Virus record (IMG/VR): IMGVR_UViG_3300022745_000001
Coordinates: 1 to 64,000 of that record
Origin: a virus
Length of the DNA stretch: 64,000 bases
Direction: 5' to 3' (one strand)
This document shows, in pieces, positions 9,204 through 18,131 of this stretch; within the stretch, counting starts at the first letter, position 1, and each line of letters begins with the position of its first letter. The notes below the pieces were generated by a model that was given only the letters and a program-made list of their open reading frames with translations, was not told the origin of the DNA and searched no databases. The translations under genes were made by a program, and so were the position numbers.

Positions 9204-10607
9204 TTAAAGACCTGCGGCGGATAGACGTGCGGTGAGGGATTCGATTTGGGCTTGCTGCTCTTTGATAGCTGCCAGAGCAAGCGGGATAAGGTCGCTGTAA
9301 CCAACCCCCAGATACTCTGTGTCGTCGTTTGGCAACTTATGAGTGCTAACGGCTTCTGGTAAAACCTTGATTACATCTTGCGCAATAAGAAATGAGCGAC
9401 TAACCCCAACTTCATCCGTCTTATAACGCCCTGTTACTGTGCGCAATGAAGCCACTTTGGTAAGCGCATCAGTGATTGGGATTAGGTCAGTTTTAAGACG
9501 TTCATCGGAGTTAGCAGTCCAGACAGTAGCTCCGTCAGACATATACATTCCAACGTTGCTGTTGTTGTAGACCAAAAATGCGTTTGACGTGTCAGCGGCA
9601 GTGAACCTGAATTTACCGGCGGTGGCACCAGAAGCCCTATAAGTAATTTGTGAGTTAAGCCCTAGTGCAGCTATACCTCCGCCAGATGTTCCAGCAGCAA
9701 CAATTGACCCCACCAGCAAATTCCCGCTGGCATCAAGCGTCATTGCTTGGGTGAAGGTGATTGGATTACCTGCTGTGCCGCCGGGAGCCGTATACCATTG
9801 ATGCCCGCCAGTTGCATCTAGCTGGTACGACAGAACATATGACCCTGATGTTTGGATATATTTTGGCGTTCCTGTGCTGTCGTAGTACCAGCCATTTGAT
9901 ATACGGAACGTTGAAGTGTTGTAGGAAAGCGCACCAGTTGTCCCTACTTGCAATGCTTTGAACGCATTGCCCCACGCACTCGGAGTAACACCCAAGCCAA
10001 GGTTGCCGGAACCGTTTAATGTCAGTGAGTCGGTTCCGCTGAGTCTCCACACATGACCATCACCGTTGGCATCGTTGTAAATCAGCCCAGTACCAGCAGC
10101 GCCGTGGGTAATCTCTCCGTATGTTGCGCCATCAGCACGATATGCACGAAGACCAGCACCAGCAAGAGCGCTAATATATGAAGACGTACTCAGCGCCCCG
10201 GTGACTGCCAGTCCGGTGGAAGAAAGTACAGCCTGTGAGTCCAACACGCCAGCACTAACGTGGTTTAGAGAAACGCTGGTGCCACTTATTTCAATACCTG
10301 CTCCAGTGCCGGAGCGAGTAGCTGAATTGTTTCTAGTAACCCCAACGTAGGTATCAATCTCACCAAAAGCGGTAGCTATGGTTGCCCCAGAAGGCCCGCC
10401 TGTTACAGTGTTCCAAGATGTTCCCCATCCGGTTGATAACGACCCTCCAACAGTGGCATTCCCCGTCGCACTCAGCGTAGTAAACGCACCCGTACTAGGT
10501 GTGGTTGCGCCAATCGTTGCATTGATAGCACCGGAGGAACTGTTCAGGGTTGTTGCTGTAAACGTGGTCTGGTTAATACCAGTGGAGCCGCTTATGGTGG
10601 TTGGCAT
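9204..10607 (-). CDS. tail fibre paralog C with an S74-type chaperone domain
   Basis: 467 aa. GATTPSTGAFTTLSATG box. C-terminal SDERLK...LIAQDV...AIKEQQAQIESLTARL (about 9204-9509), near-identical to fibre A at its extreme end. Confidence 0.8.
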   Translation of the reverse strand: MPTTISGSTGINQTTFTATTLNSSSGAINATIGATTPSTGAFTTLSATGNATVGGSLSTGWGTSWNTVTGGPSGATIATAFGEIDTYVGVTRNNSATRSGTGAGIEISGTSVSLNHVSAGVLDSQAVLSSTGLAVTGALSTSSYISALAGAGLRAYRADGATYGEITHGAAGTGLIYNDANGDGHVWRLSGTDSLTLNGSGNLGLGVTPSAWGNAFKALQVGTTGALSYNTSTFRISNGWYYDSTGTPKYIQTSGSYVLSYQLDATGGHQWYTAPGGTAGNPITFTQAMTLDASGNLLVGSIVAAGTSGGGIAALGLNSQITYRASGATAGKFRFTAADTSNAFLVYNNSNVGMYMSDGATVWTANSDERLKTDLIPITDALTKVASLRTVTGRYKTDEVGVSRSFLIAQDVIKVLPEAVSTHKLPNDDTEYLGVGYSDLIPLALAAIKEQQAQIESLTARLSAAGL

Positions 10608-10616
10608 TTCAAATCC

Positions 10617-11594
10617 TTAAACAATCGACCACGATGCACCGGACGGAATCGTCACTACTGCGGAATCCAGCACCGTCAACGGCCCTGCTGACTCTGCGTT
10701 CTTGATCTTACCAACGGAATGCACCCCGGACTGTGTACCGGAGGTGTTCACCGCCGTTCCGGCGTAGCTGGTAGACACTTGGAATGCAGAGGTGGTCAGG
10801 CCCGTGGCAATGACGTAGTACGCCGTGCTGGTGTCCAGCCCCGTAGGCAGTGCGCCCGTGGTGGTCAAGCGAATCTGCTGGCCCGCCACAAAGCCGTGGT
10901 TGGTCAGTGTAAACACTGCCGGAGTTGCCACGGTAACCGTTACGCCCGCTACCAATGCATTCTGCCCAATCGTGTAGCTGGTGGTCACCACGCAGTCATT
11001 CTCCACGAAGGCCGTATCCGTACCAGCACCTGTTGCGCCGCCGCCCACCGTAGTCCATGCGGAGCCGTTGTACCACTCCATTGAGTTGGTGCTGGAGTTG
11101 CCCCGGATGTAGCCCGCTACAGGAGATGCGTCTCGCTGTGCTGTGGTGCCGTAGGTTCCTACCAAGGAGCCTGTCGGGCTGGTAATGTTGGCAGAGGCTA
11201 CCAGAACAAAGTCCGTACCGTTCCATGCAACCAGTGCCCTGCGGCCATAGCCAATCAGGATGCCAGTTGTCGGGCCTACACCTACCAGCTTCACGTCAAA
11301 TCCGCCGGTTGTGTCGTTGATGACGATGTACGCCTTGCTGGATGCCGGAGCGGTGATGGTGCGCAATGCGGTACGCGCCCCGCTGCAGTAGAGGATGGCT
11401 GACCGTGCTTGGTTGGCCGCAAGCGTTGTAGCCGTCAGGGTTACATCCGCATCAGTAGACAACGTGGTTGTCCCAGCCACTGCCGTGTCCAGCAGGCTGG
11501 TGATGCTGTTGTTTACAACGTCACCCCATGTACCAGAGAGTTCTCCTTGTACTGGTAGGGCAAGACCTAGTAGTGCCGAAGCTGCAGTTGTCAT
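10617..11594 (-). CDS. tail fibre/fibre-adaptor-type protein
   Basis: 325 aa. N-terminus LGLALPVQGELSGTWGDVVNNSITSLLD is a pattern I associate with podovirus fibre N-termini. Lies directly upstream of the three fibres. Confidence 0.5.
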   Translation of the reverse strand: MTTAASALLGLALPVQGELSGTWGDVVNNSITSLLDTAVAGTTTLSTDADVTLTATTLAANQARSAILYCSGARTALRTITAPASSKAYIVINDTTGGFDVKLVGVGPTTGILIGYGRRALVAWNGTDFVLVASANITSPTGSLVGTYGTTAQRDASPVAGYIRGNSSTNSMEWYNGSAWTTVGGGATGAGTDTAFVENDCVVTTSYTIGQNALVAGVTVTVATPAVFTLTNHGFVAGQQIRLTTTGALPTGLDTSTAYYVIATGLTTSAFQVSTSYAGTAVNTSGTQSGVHSVGKIKNAESAGPLTVLDSAVVTIPSGASWSIV

Positions 11595-11603
11595 GGAGAA
11601 CCT

Positions 11604-12017
11604 TTAATTGGATGATCGCAGTAGCGCTGTGGTCGGCGTGTTCGCCGGGAGTTGAATGGTGAACGCCACGGCTGATGTTTTGTCCGCCCCAAAATCCAGC
11701 ACCGCCACAGAGCGGTTAGCCTTGCTCGAATTGTAGATCAGCGCGTATCGCGCCGTAAGCGACCCCGCCCACGTCGGGTCAGCAAAATCCACGTAAACAA
11801 TGTACCCGTCCGTCCCTAGTGTCACGCCAGTAAGCACTTGACCGCCAGCCGTGTAGCCGGAGCCGGTTATCTCATTGGTCGTGCTGTACACCGTAGTGCT
11901 GGCGTCCAAAGTCGCGTTGCCCGTGTAGAGCGCGATCTTCAACGTGTCGGTCAGCAGGTTGTGTACCGCTTGCCAGCACTCCGCCTTGAAACTTGTGGTC
12001 TGGGTCTGGATGCTCAT
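11604..12017 (-). CDS. hypothetical virion protein
   Basis: 137-aa ORF, coupled to its neighbours (1-nt overlap at 12017). Confidence 0.6.
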   Translation of the reverse strand: MSIQTQTTSFKAECWQAVHNLLTDTLKIALYTGNATLDASTTVYSTTNEITGSGYTAGGQVLTGVTLGTDGYIVYVDFADPTWAGSLTARYALIYNSSKANRSVAVLDFGADKTSAVAFTIQLPANTPTTALLRSSN

Positions 12018-12673
12018 CAGGTCACCTTCTGCTTAGGTGCGCCGTCGCGGTACATATCTCCGCGCTCCATACCGTCGCCAAGGCGCTTGGCAAGCAATAG
12101 GGCTTCCTTGAACTTGGTGTCGTAGAGCTGCTGCATGTCCTGCTCGCCCTTCATGAATGTATACGCCTCCACCAGCGCCCCATACAATAGCACGGAGTCA
12201 AAATTGTCGCCAAGCCACGTATGTCCCCCGGCCACAGTCGTGATGGACTCAGGGTAGTAAAAATACTGCAGCTCTGTCGAATATGCGCTTGCCGGTGTCG
12301 GGCCTAAAACAAACCGCAGTTCTGTAGGCACACTTGCTTGCGGGCCGAACAGGGCGTAGTATTTAGGTACGCCGGTAGCAGTTGGCGTAGGGTATGCCTC
12401 GCGGATGAAATTCTCGTCCTTGTTCAACAGGTACGTATAGGCACCCGTGCCGTCAATGACGGCAAACGACACAACCGCCAAGAAGTCGCTCGGGCAATCC
12501 AGATAGCGGTTATTTGCAGTCAGCGCCGTAGTGGAGATGTTGCGCAGCGCGGGGAACTGAACAGCGTTGTAAATCCTTTGCTCTGCCTGAACGATGAACG
12601 TGTTCATGTCTGCCGTAGCAAACGTGTTCTCGCAATAGTCTTGGATTGCTGTCACCAGCGCCGCGTAGTTCAC
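12017..12673 (-). CDS. head-tail connector-type protein (tentative)
   Basis: 218-aa ORF. N-terminal MNYAALVTAIQDYCENTF...IVQAEQRIYN resembles head-completion/adaptor proteins. Call also rests on position. Confidence 0.4.
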   Translation of the reverse strand: MNYAALVTAIQDYCENTFATADMNTFIVQAEQRIYNAVQFPALRNISTTALTANNRYLDCPSDFLAVVSFAVIDGTGAYTYLLNKDENFIREAYPTPTATGVPKYYALFGPQASVPTELRFVLGPTPASAYSTELQYFYYPESITTVAGGHTWLGDNFDSVLLYGALVEAYTFMKGEQDMQQLYDTKFKEALLLAKRLGDGMERGDMYRDGAPKQKVT

Positions 12674-12683
12674 CTGCTACTCC

Positions 12684-12914
12684 TTACGCCAACGGGCCGC
12701 GAGCGGTACGTCCTTTGGTTGCCGCGCCGTTGCCGCGCGTCACAACGCCGGAGGTCTTGATCGGCTCTTTCTGGTTCGACTTGTCCACGAATGCAGTGCT
12801 GGCGTCCAGCTCATTGATCTGCAATGACGGTTGCGTGGTCGGAGCCTTTGGGCCGGGTTGCGACTTGTACTTGGCATCACCCGGTTTTGTGGAGCGGAGC
12901 GATTCGGTAGCCAT
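12684..12914 (-). CDS. small basic protein, tandem paralog 2 (MATESLRSTKPGDAKYKS...)
   Basis: Internal ATG of track ORF 12684..13040, chosen because it follows the stop of the upstream paralog by 2 nt and shares its N-terminus. Confidence 0.6.
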   Translation of the reverse strand: MATESLRSTKPGDAKYKSQPGPKAPTTQPSLQINELDASTAFVDKSNQKEPIKTSGVVTRGNGAATKGRTARGPLA

Positions 12915-12916
12915 GA

Positions 12917-13123
12917 TTAGTACGCCTTTCCATTGGCAGCAGCGCGGGCCATGCCAGTGCCGAGCTTCAGCACCGCCTCGTTGGTCTTGCCGCCTTTGGA
13001 GCCGCCAACGCCCGTACCGCCATTCATAGTGGGGGCACACTTGTCGGAGCCGAAGCTACCGGCTGGACGCGATTTGTACTCGGCATCGCCGGGCTTGTTG
13101 GATTTCAGTGCATCAGTAGCCAT
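12917..13123 (-). CDS. small basic Gly-rich protein, tandem paralog 1 (MATDALKSNKPGDAEYKS...)
   Basis: 68-aa ORF. N-terminal 20 aa parallel those of 12684..12914. Confidence 0.6.
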   Translation of the reverse strand: MATDALKSNKPGDAEYKSRPAGSFGSDKCAPTMNGGTGVGGSKGGKTNEAVLKLGTGMARAAANGKAY

Positions 13124-13131
13124 AATTTCTC

Positions 13132-13521
13132 CTACGTGGTTACTACAGTTACGGCACCAACGTAAGTTCGCGCCACAAGGTTGTTAGGTGTCAGATCATA
13201 CGCGTTTGCGCTCGCGCCGCCAACCGGTGCCCAGCCCCACTGGATGTCGCGGCTGCCCTCGCCGGGTAGGCCGTTTGCCAGCAGGCCGGACTGGTAATAG
13301 CTATTGTCACGCCGGGGGTTCCGTACAGCCTGTGGGTCTTCCACAGGATACATGCCAAGCTGGAGTTGCGGGTGGTCAGGCTCATAGCACTCTGGGCACA
13401 CCAAGATGTTGACCCGCTTGGTCTTAATGACCAACTCTTTGAGCTGTTTGAGCTTGTACCGCTGTCCACAGCGGTCGCACTCTGCAATCGAGTGCTTGCC
13501 GGATGAGAAGCGGTTTGGCAT
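13132..13521 (-). CDS. zinc-ribbon virion protein (function unknown)
   Basis: 129-aa ORF with CDRC...CPEC (CxxC-N24-CxxC). Confidence 0.6.
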   Translation of the reverse strand: MPNRFSSGKHSIAECDRCGQRYKLKQLKELVIKTKRVNILVCPECYEPDHPQLQLGMYPVEDPQAVRNPRRDNSYYQSGLLANGLPGEGSRDIQWGWAPVGGASANAYDLTPNNLVARTYVGAVTVVTT

Positions 13522-13524
13522 GGC

Positions 13525-14217
13525 TTAGGTGATGAACTGCTGACGGGGGACGAAGCGGATGGCGGCCTTCTCGCGGTCTTCACCGGCGGCGTTGTCGAAC
13601 GCCTCGTCGTACATCTGTTTGAGCATACCCACGCGATCCATCAGCTCCGGCGTCTTGACGGCCAAGTGGTATGCCAGCCCGGCCACCAGCGCAGGCAGGA
13701 AGCGGAACTGCACATCCGGTGTCTCGGCACCGGCACCCGCGTCTTGCACGCGGCGCAGCCGCCAGTAGTTCAGGACGTAGTAGCTGGACTGATCCGGCAC
13801 AGGCCACACAGTGACTTTCGGCGCATCGCGCAGCCGCTGCACGTAGAGCTGAATTGGTCGTGCCTGCGTCAGCTTATTCGGGATGCTGGAGTACGTCGAG
13901 ACACTGATGCGTGTGATGGTCAGATCAGTCTGAGTAGCAGTGTTTCCGCTACCTGTTCGGATAACATGATCCAGAAGATCAATGGTGTCAGCAGGAAGAT
14001 CATAGGTTGCAGTTCCTTGCACCAGCGGGATAGACCCTTCATCAATCGTCCACATATTGATGCCGCGACTCTGCCACTCGATGGTGAGCAGGTTCATCGA
14101 CCGGCGGGCAGTACGTAAGTCGTAGCCAGAACGCATCTCTTTACCGGCACGTTCCCATGCCTCTTCTGCGATCTCAGCAAAGTCGAGGTTGAATGCAGTT
14201 GTGCCGGATGTGGTCAT
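13525..14217 (-). CDS. head-tail adaptor-type protein (tentative)
   Basis: 230-aa ORF. Pattern ...LLTIEWQSRGINMWT...YDLPADTIDLLDHV...ISVSTYSSIPNK...PIQLYVQR resembles podovirus adaptor/gatekeeper proteins. Confidence 0.45.
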   Translation of the reverse strand: MTTSGTTAFNLDFAEIAEEAWERAGKEMRSGYDLRTARRSMNLLTIEWQSRGINMWTIDEGSIPLVQGTATYDLPADTIDLLDHVIRTGSGNTATQTDLTITRISVSTYSSIPNKLTQARPIQLYVQRLRDAPKVTVWPVPDQSSYYVLNYWRLRRVQDAGAGAETPDVQFRFLPALVAGLAYHLAVKTPELMDRVGMLKQMYDEAFDNAAGEDREKAAIRFVPRQQFIT

Positions 14218-14354
14218 TTCTTAGGCTTCTGTTGTGGCTTCACTTTTCCGCCTTTGGCATACTGCGTGAAAGCGGTGTCGTCCCGGCGGGGCTGTGCCTT
14301 GCCCTTGGGCATCTTGGATGGGTTGATGTCGCCCATTCCACGGCTTCCACGCAT
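14214..14354 (-). CDS. 46-aa basic peptide with a YAKGGKV motif
   Basis: Hand-translated MRGSRGMGDINPSKMPKGKAQPRRDDTAFTQYAKGGKVKPQQKPKK. TGATG overlap upstream and ATGA overlap downstream. Confidence 0.45.
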   Translation of the reverse strand: MRGSRGMGDINPSKMPKGKAQPRRDDTAFTQYAKGGKVKPQQKPKK

Positions 14355-14584
14355 CAGCAGCTCCTACCGCGCGTCTTGCCGCGCTGCGCGATGCCGTCGA
14401 TCTTGCCGCCTTTTTTGAACTGGATACGGTCTACGGCCAGCTTGGCTTTCGCCCGCTCCGCGTCTTCCGCAGCGGCCGCTTTAGCAGCGGCAGCATCTTC
14501 TTTATCTTTGGCGTCCTGCGCCTTCAGCGCTTTTACCGATGCGCTTTCGGGCATCAATTTCTTGATGCTGTCCATCAGTCCCAT
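14354..14584 (-). CDS. small charged protein with FKKGGKIDGIAQRGKTRG
   Basis: Start taken at MGLMDSIKK (TAATG overlap with the upstream stop), inside track ORF 14354..14611. Confidence 0.55.
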   Translation of the reverse strand: MGLMDSIKKLMPESASVKALKAQDAKDKEDAAAAKAAAAEDAERAKAKLAVDRIQFKKGGKIDGIAQRGKTRGRSC

Positions 14585-14946
14585 TACCGCTTCACCTTGC
14601 CGCCGCCACACATGGCGATCTGCTTGGCTTGGGTCTTACCGCGCTGGGCAATACCGTCAGCCTTGGCGACAAAACCGCCCTTGGCGAAAGCCATCTGCTT
14701 CTTGTCGAAGGCTTCCTCTTTCTTGGAGCCTTCCTTCATGCCTTTGGGTTCGACATCCTTGCCGGACTTCTCGAACGGGAACGGTTTTTTAGCCATAGTA
14801 ACACCACCTTCTTTGAACTTGCGGCCCTTGTCGGCCTGATTGAAATCTTTACCAACCGATTGGGAAATACCTACCTTCTTCGCAAAAGAAGGAGAGTGCG
14901 CCACCGCAGCCATAAGGCGGGCTTGTGCTGCTGATTTTGATGGCAT
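14584..14946 (-). CDS. small basic protein with three KGG-type motifs and GIAQRGKT
   Basis: 120-aa ORF MPSKSAAQARLMAAVAHSPSFAKKVG... contains FKEGGV, FAKGGFV...DGIAQRGKT and CGGGKV. Confidence 0.65.
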   Translation of the reverse strand: MPSKSAAQARLMAAVAHSPSFAKKVGISQSVGKDFNQADKGRKFKEGGVTMAKKPFPFEKSGKDVEPKGMKEGSKKEEAFDKKQMAFAKGGFVAKADGIAQRGKTQAKQIAMCGGGKVKR

Positions 14947-14991
14947 GGGCTACTCCAAGCACGAAGACGTTGACATTGTACTGTTCATGGG

Positions 14992-15858
14992 TTAATCGTC
15001 AAACACAAACAGTTTTTTAGGCACCAATGTGCCGGTATATATGCCGCCGGGGCCGTACACAACGCCGATCCGCACGTCGGAAGGGTCTGGGTAGCCGCTG
15101 GCATTGGTGTGCGAGGCTGTACCAACAATAGTAGATACTGCGCCAATGAGAGCACCGGTTGTGGGGTGTACACGGAAGCGGGCGGCCGCGCCGACAATAG
15201 AGCTGCCTTGGCCTACCAGAGCGCCAGAAGTATCGTGCGTCACCGGGCCGCCAACTCGTGCAGCAGAGCCGACGATTGTGGAACCTTGGCCTACCAGTGC
15301 GCCAGAACTTCCCATTGCGCGGAACCGTGCAGCGGAACCTACGACTGCGCCAAGCTGGCCGATCAGGGCACCAGTAGCATCGAACAGGTGTACGCGGTTT
15401 GCCGCGCCTACAACGGCCGATCCCTGTCCTACTAACGCACCTGTGCCGTCATGTGTCACCGGGCCGACGCCGTGGTTGGCCGCGCCAACGATTGTGGAGC
15501 CTTGGCCTGTCAGCGTACCGGACGCGCCAAAGGTACGGAACCGTGTAGCGGAGCCGACGATCGCGGAGCCGGGGCCAGTCAGTGTGCCAGTAGTTGTATG
15601 CTTGGCGTTGTATACCGCAGTACCGACAATCACCGCACCGGGGCCAACCAGTGCGCCGGGGGCGTCATGCACGCGCGTGCGTGCGGCGGAGCCGACAATA
15701 ACAGCGCCGGGGCCAGTCAGCGCACCAGAGGCTACATGGTTGTGTGCCGCCGCGCCAACAATGGCTGCACCGGGGCCAACAAGTGCACCAGAGGTGCTGT
15801 GTGTTACTGCACCCCCACCCGGCCTCAGATTGATGAGGTTCTGTAGGGCGAGTAACAT
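14992..15858 (-). CDS. virion protein built from ten tandem repeats of about 23 aa (GALxGxGSxIVGSAxR...)
   Basis: 288-aa ORF. Repeats counted by hand. Minus strand chosen to match its neighbours; the plus-strand mirror ORF 15104..15865 is a by-product of the repeats. Confidence 0.7.
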   Translation of the reverse strand: MLLALQNLINLRPGGGAVTHSTSGALVGPGAAIVGAAAHNHVASGALTGPGAVIVGSAARTRVHDAPGALVGPGAVIVGTAVYNAKHTTTGTLTGPGSAIVGSATRFRTFGASGTLTGQGSTIVGAANHGVGPVTHDGTGALVGQGSAVVGAANRVHLFDATGALIGQLGAVVGSAARFRAMGSSGALVGQGSTIVGSAARVGGPVTHDTSGALVGQGSSIVGAAARFRVHPTTGALIGAVSTIVGTASHTNASGYPDPSDVRIGVVYGPGGIYTGTLVPKKLFVFDD

Positions 15859-15861
15859 GGT

Positions 15862-17601
15862 TTAGTTGTAGCTAGTCAGCACCTTGACCTGTGCCGCAGC
15901 GACTGCGGTTGCGTCAGTATCTGCTGCAAGGTTGGTAATCGCCAGCGCAATGCCTGTGGCAAAACGATAGCCAAAAGGCCCGAACGGTACGTTCACGGTG
16001 CCCGAAGCTGGGATGCTCAACGTGATCACTGGAACGCTCGTACCGACTGTCGGGGCAGTAGCCAAATTGTAGAACTTGACGAACGCAGCCGCCGCGCCGG
16101 TATTGCTTGCTGTGATGCTGAACACCGTACCCGCTGTAGCCTTGACAGAAGTGGCGTTCGTCGTAGCCGCGCTGTTGATGGCGCTGGCCGTGACGGTCAT
16201 GTTTGGTGAGATGCCTACTGTCAGTGCAGGATCAGTAGCTGCAACAGCGGTCGATGCGGCTTTTACTGCAGCGTTGTTTGTACCATCACCAATCTTTATT
16301 GCACTGTTTGCACCTGCAACGGACACGACAAGCGATGGGTCGGTGGTCGCAGCGGCAGTCGATGCGGCCTTCACCGCAACAGCGGTGGCACCAGAACTGA
16401 TTGCCACCAGTTGTTCACCACGCGCAGTAGTCTGTACGTTTACCGCCTGTCCGGTTGTTACCGTGGGCAGCGTAGTCGTGAACGTACCGCCCATCAGCAC
16501 AGGGTTACCTGCGATAGTCGCAGCAGACGCAGCAGCACCCTGCACAAAGAGGGAAGCCGTACCTGTTGTGTTGGACACCTGCGTCAGCAAGTTAGCAGCA
16601 GTAGGATTGATCACCAACTGTGGGTTGCTCGCACCTACTGGATAAGCGATAGCTTGGACACTGAAGGTTGTTGTACCGGCAGTCGTAGCGGTACTCAACC
16701 GTAGGCGTAGATACCTAGCAACTACGTGGGTTGACCACAGGCCCGCAGCCGAAATAGTCGTTATTTCAAGGCCCGTTTGTGCATCAAGAGTTGTAGCGGC
16801 AACCCATGTCGCGTTGTCGTTTGACCATTCCGGCGTAACCACACCGGACGTACCCATGCTAACGCACTGGATAGACACGGCAGCATCCGTTGAACAATCA
16901 ATAGTCAGCAGTATCGTGTTGATGGCAATCACGCCTGCTACGTTGTACGTAGTGCCAACCATCGGATCAACTGCAGTAATAGCCGACTGATCCGAGGCTA
17001 ACACCACCGGCAAGCTGGAAGTCATCGCCTTCTGGCCCAGCGTGAAGTTCACGCCGTTGACTTCGTTCAGGGAGGTAAGTCCATTACCAAGACTTGATAC
17101 GGAAGGCAGTGTTCCATATGCTACGTTTAGGTTGAACGTAGTGGTTGCACTCGCTCCGTTGTTGATGAACGTGGCTTTGAAGTAGTTACCGTTGGCGGTG
17201 TATGCCTCGCTGAACGGGACGTTGGCCGCAATATTCTCGGTGAAGTCGTTACAGACTTTGGTGCCGCCTGCATCGATGTACTGGATCAAATGCAACGTAC
17301 CCGGCTGATCGCTTGTCAGCAGGATAGAGATGGTCTGCTGGCTCTGGATCGACTCAACTGTGCCGGTGAATGTAGCGGCGGCAGCAAGCTGCGTGGTGCT
17401 GGAGTTGACCCCGTTGGCCGAGAAGATGAAGTACGTTGCCGCGTTCTGAACAGGGTGCGGGTTTGCAAGGGTCACCAAGGACTCAGTGCCAGAACCCCCT
17501 ACGTCGAGGACAACTACCTGCGACTTTATGCCCGCGCCTTTATCAATGTCACGGATAGTGTCTCCACCCGTACCGAGATTGAGTAGGGTGTTATCTGCCA
17601 T
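15862..17601 (-). CDS. large virion protein, function unknown
   Basis: 579-aa ORF, Ala/Thr/Ser-rich beta-type composition. Start 1 nt after the upstream stop. Confidence 0.7.
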   Translation of the reverse strand: MADNTLLNLGTGGDTIRDIDKGAGIKSQVVVLDVGGSGTESLVTLANPHPVQNAATYFIFSANGVNSSTTQLAAAATFTGTVESIQSQQTISILLTSDQPGTLHLIQYIDAGGTKVCNDFTENIAANVPFSEAYTANGNYFKATFINNGASATTTFNLNVAYGTLPSVSSLGNGLTSLNEVNGVNFTLGQKAMTSSLPVVLASDQSAITAVDPMVGTTYNVAGVIAINTILLTIDCSTDAAVSIQCVSMGTSGVVTPEWSNDNATWVAATTLDAQTGLEITTISAAGLWSTHVVARYLRLRLSTATTAGTTTFSVQAIAYPVGASNPQLVINPTAANLLTQVSNTTGTASLFVQGAAASAATIAGNPVLMGGTFTTTLPTVTTGQAVNVQTTARGEQLVAISSGATAVAVKAASTAAATTDPSLVVSVAGANSAIKIGDGTNNAAVKAASTAVAATDPALTVGISPNMTVTASAINSAATTNATSVKATAGTVFSITASNTGAAAAFVKFYNLATAPTVGTSVPVITLSIPASGTVNVPFGPFGYRFATGIALAITNLAADTDATAVAAAQVKVLTSYN

Positions 17602-17602
17602 G

Positions 17603-17992
17603 TTATGCGCTCAGTGCGGTGTAGGTCAGGGAAGAGCAGGAAACGGTATCGCCCGCAGCCACTGTCAGGCCGTTGGTCATGTTAATGTCGGACGCCGACG
17701 CAGCCACAGCGCAGTGGATCACAACAGTACCGGCAGAGGTCTGCAGCGTAGCGGTTGCTACAGGGGACGCGTTACCGGTTGCATTGGTGTCGCTGGTGAT
17801 CGCGTTGGCCGTGGCTGTACCGGTTGCCGAGGCACCAAACGCCGTGGCCGACAAGGACAGGGTGGCGACAACCGTACCCGGTGCGGCTACCGTACCGGTC
17901 AGGCGGAACGCCAGTTTGCCGGACGCGCCGATCAGGGCCGTGACGGCATCCGTTGCGGCGTTACGCGCCGCTGTCGAGTGTGTTACTGCCAA
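17603..17992 (-). CDS. hypothetical virion protein
   Basis: 129-aa ORF with a TTG start behind AGGAG. Confidence 0.55.
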   Translation of the reverse strand: MAVTHSTAARNAATDAVTALIGASGKLAFRLTGTVAAPGTVVATLSLSATAFGASATGTATANAITSDTNATGNASPVATATLQTSAGTVVIHCAVAASASDINMTNGLTVAAGDTVSCSSLTYTALSA

Positions 17993-18131
17993 GATGTTCT
18001 CCTAAAAGTTTCTTTAGTTCTTCCGGGTCGGAGTGACCCACCATTTCGTACGTCTCCACCTTGCCAGTGTCCGCACGCGTGATCTCCAACGTGAACCGGA
18101 GTTCTGCCTTCTCGCCTACCAATTCGATCAT
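17961..18131 (-). CDS. possible 56-aa protein
   Basis: ATG in an ATGA overlap with the stop of 18128..18466. Overlaps the next gene by 32 nt. Below the track cutoff. Confidence 0.3.
   Translation of the reverse strand: MIELVGEKAELRFTLEITRADTGKVETYEMVGHSDPEELKKLLGEHLGSNTLDSGA

Noticed and set aside
6644-10607. Fibre DNA boxes as a diversity-generating retroelement (template/variable repeat pair)
   Set aside because: No reverse transcriptase ORF is in the window. The repeats are identical or differ at mixed bases rather than adenine-specific positions, and they encode the conserved N-terminal anchor rather than a C-terminal variable region.
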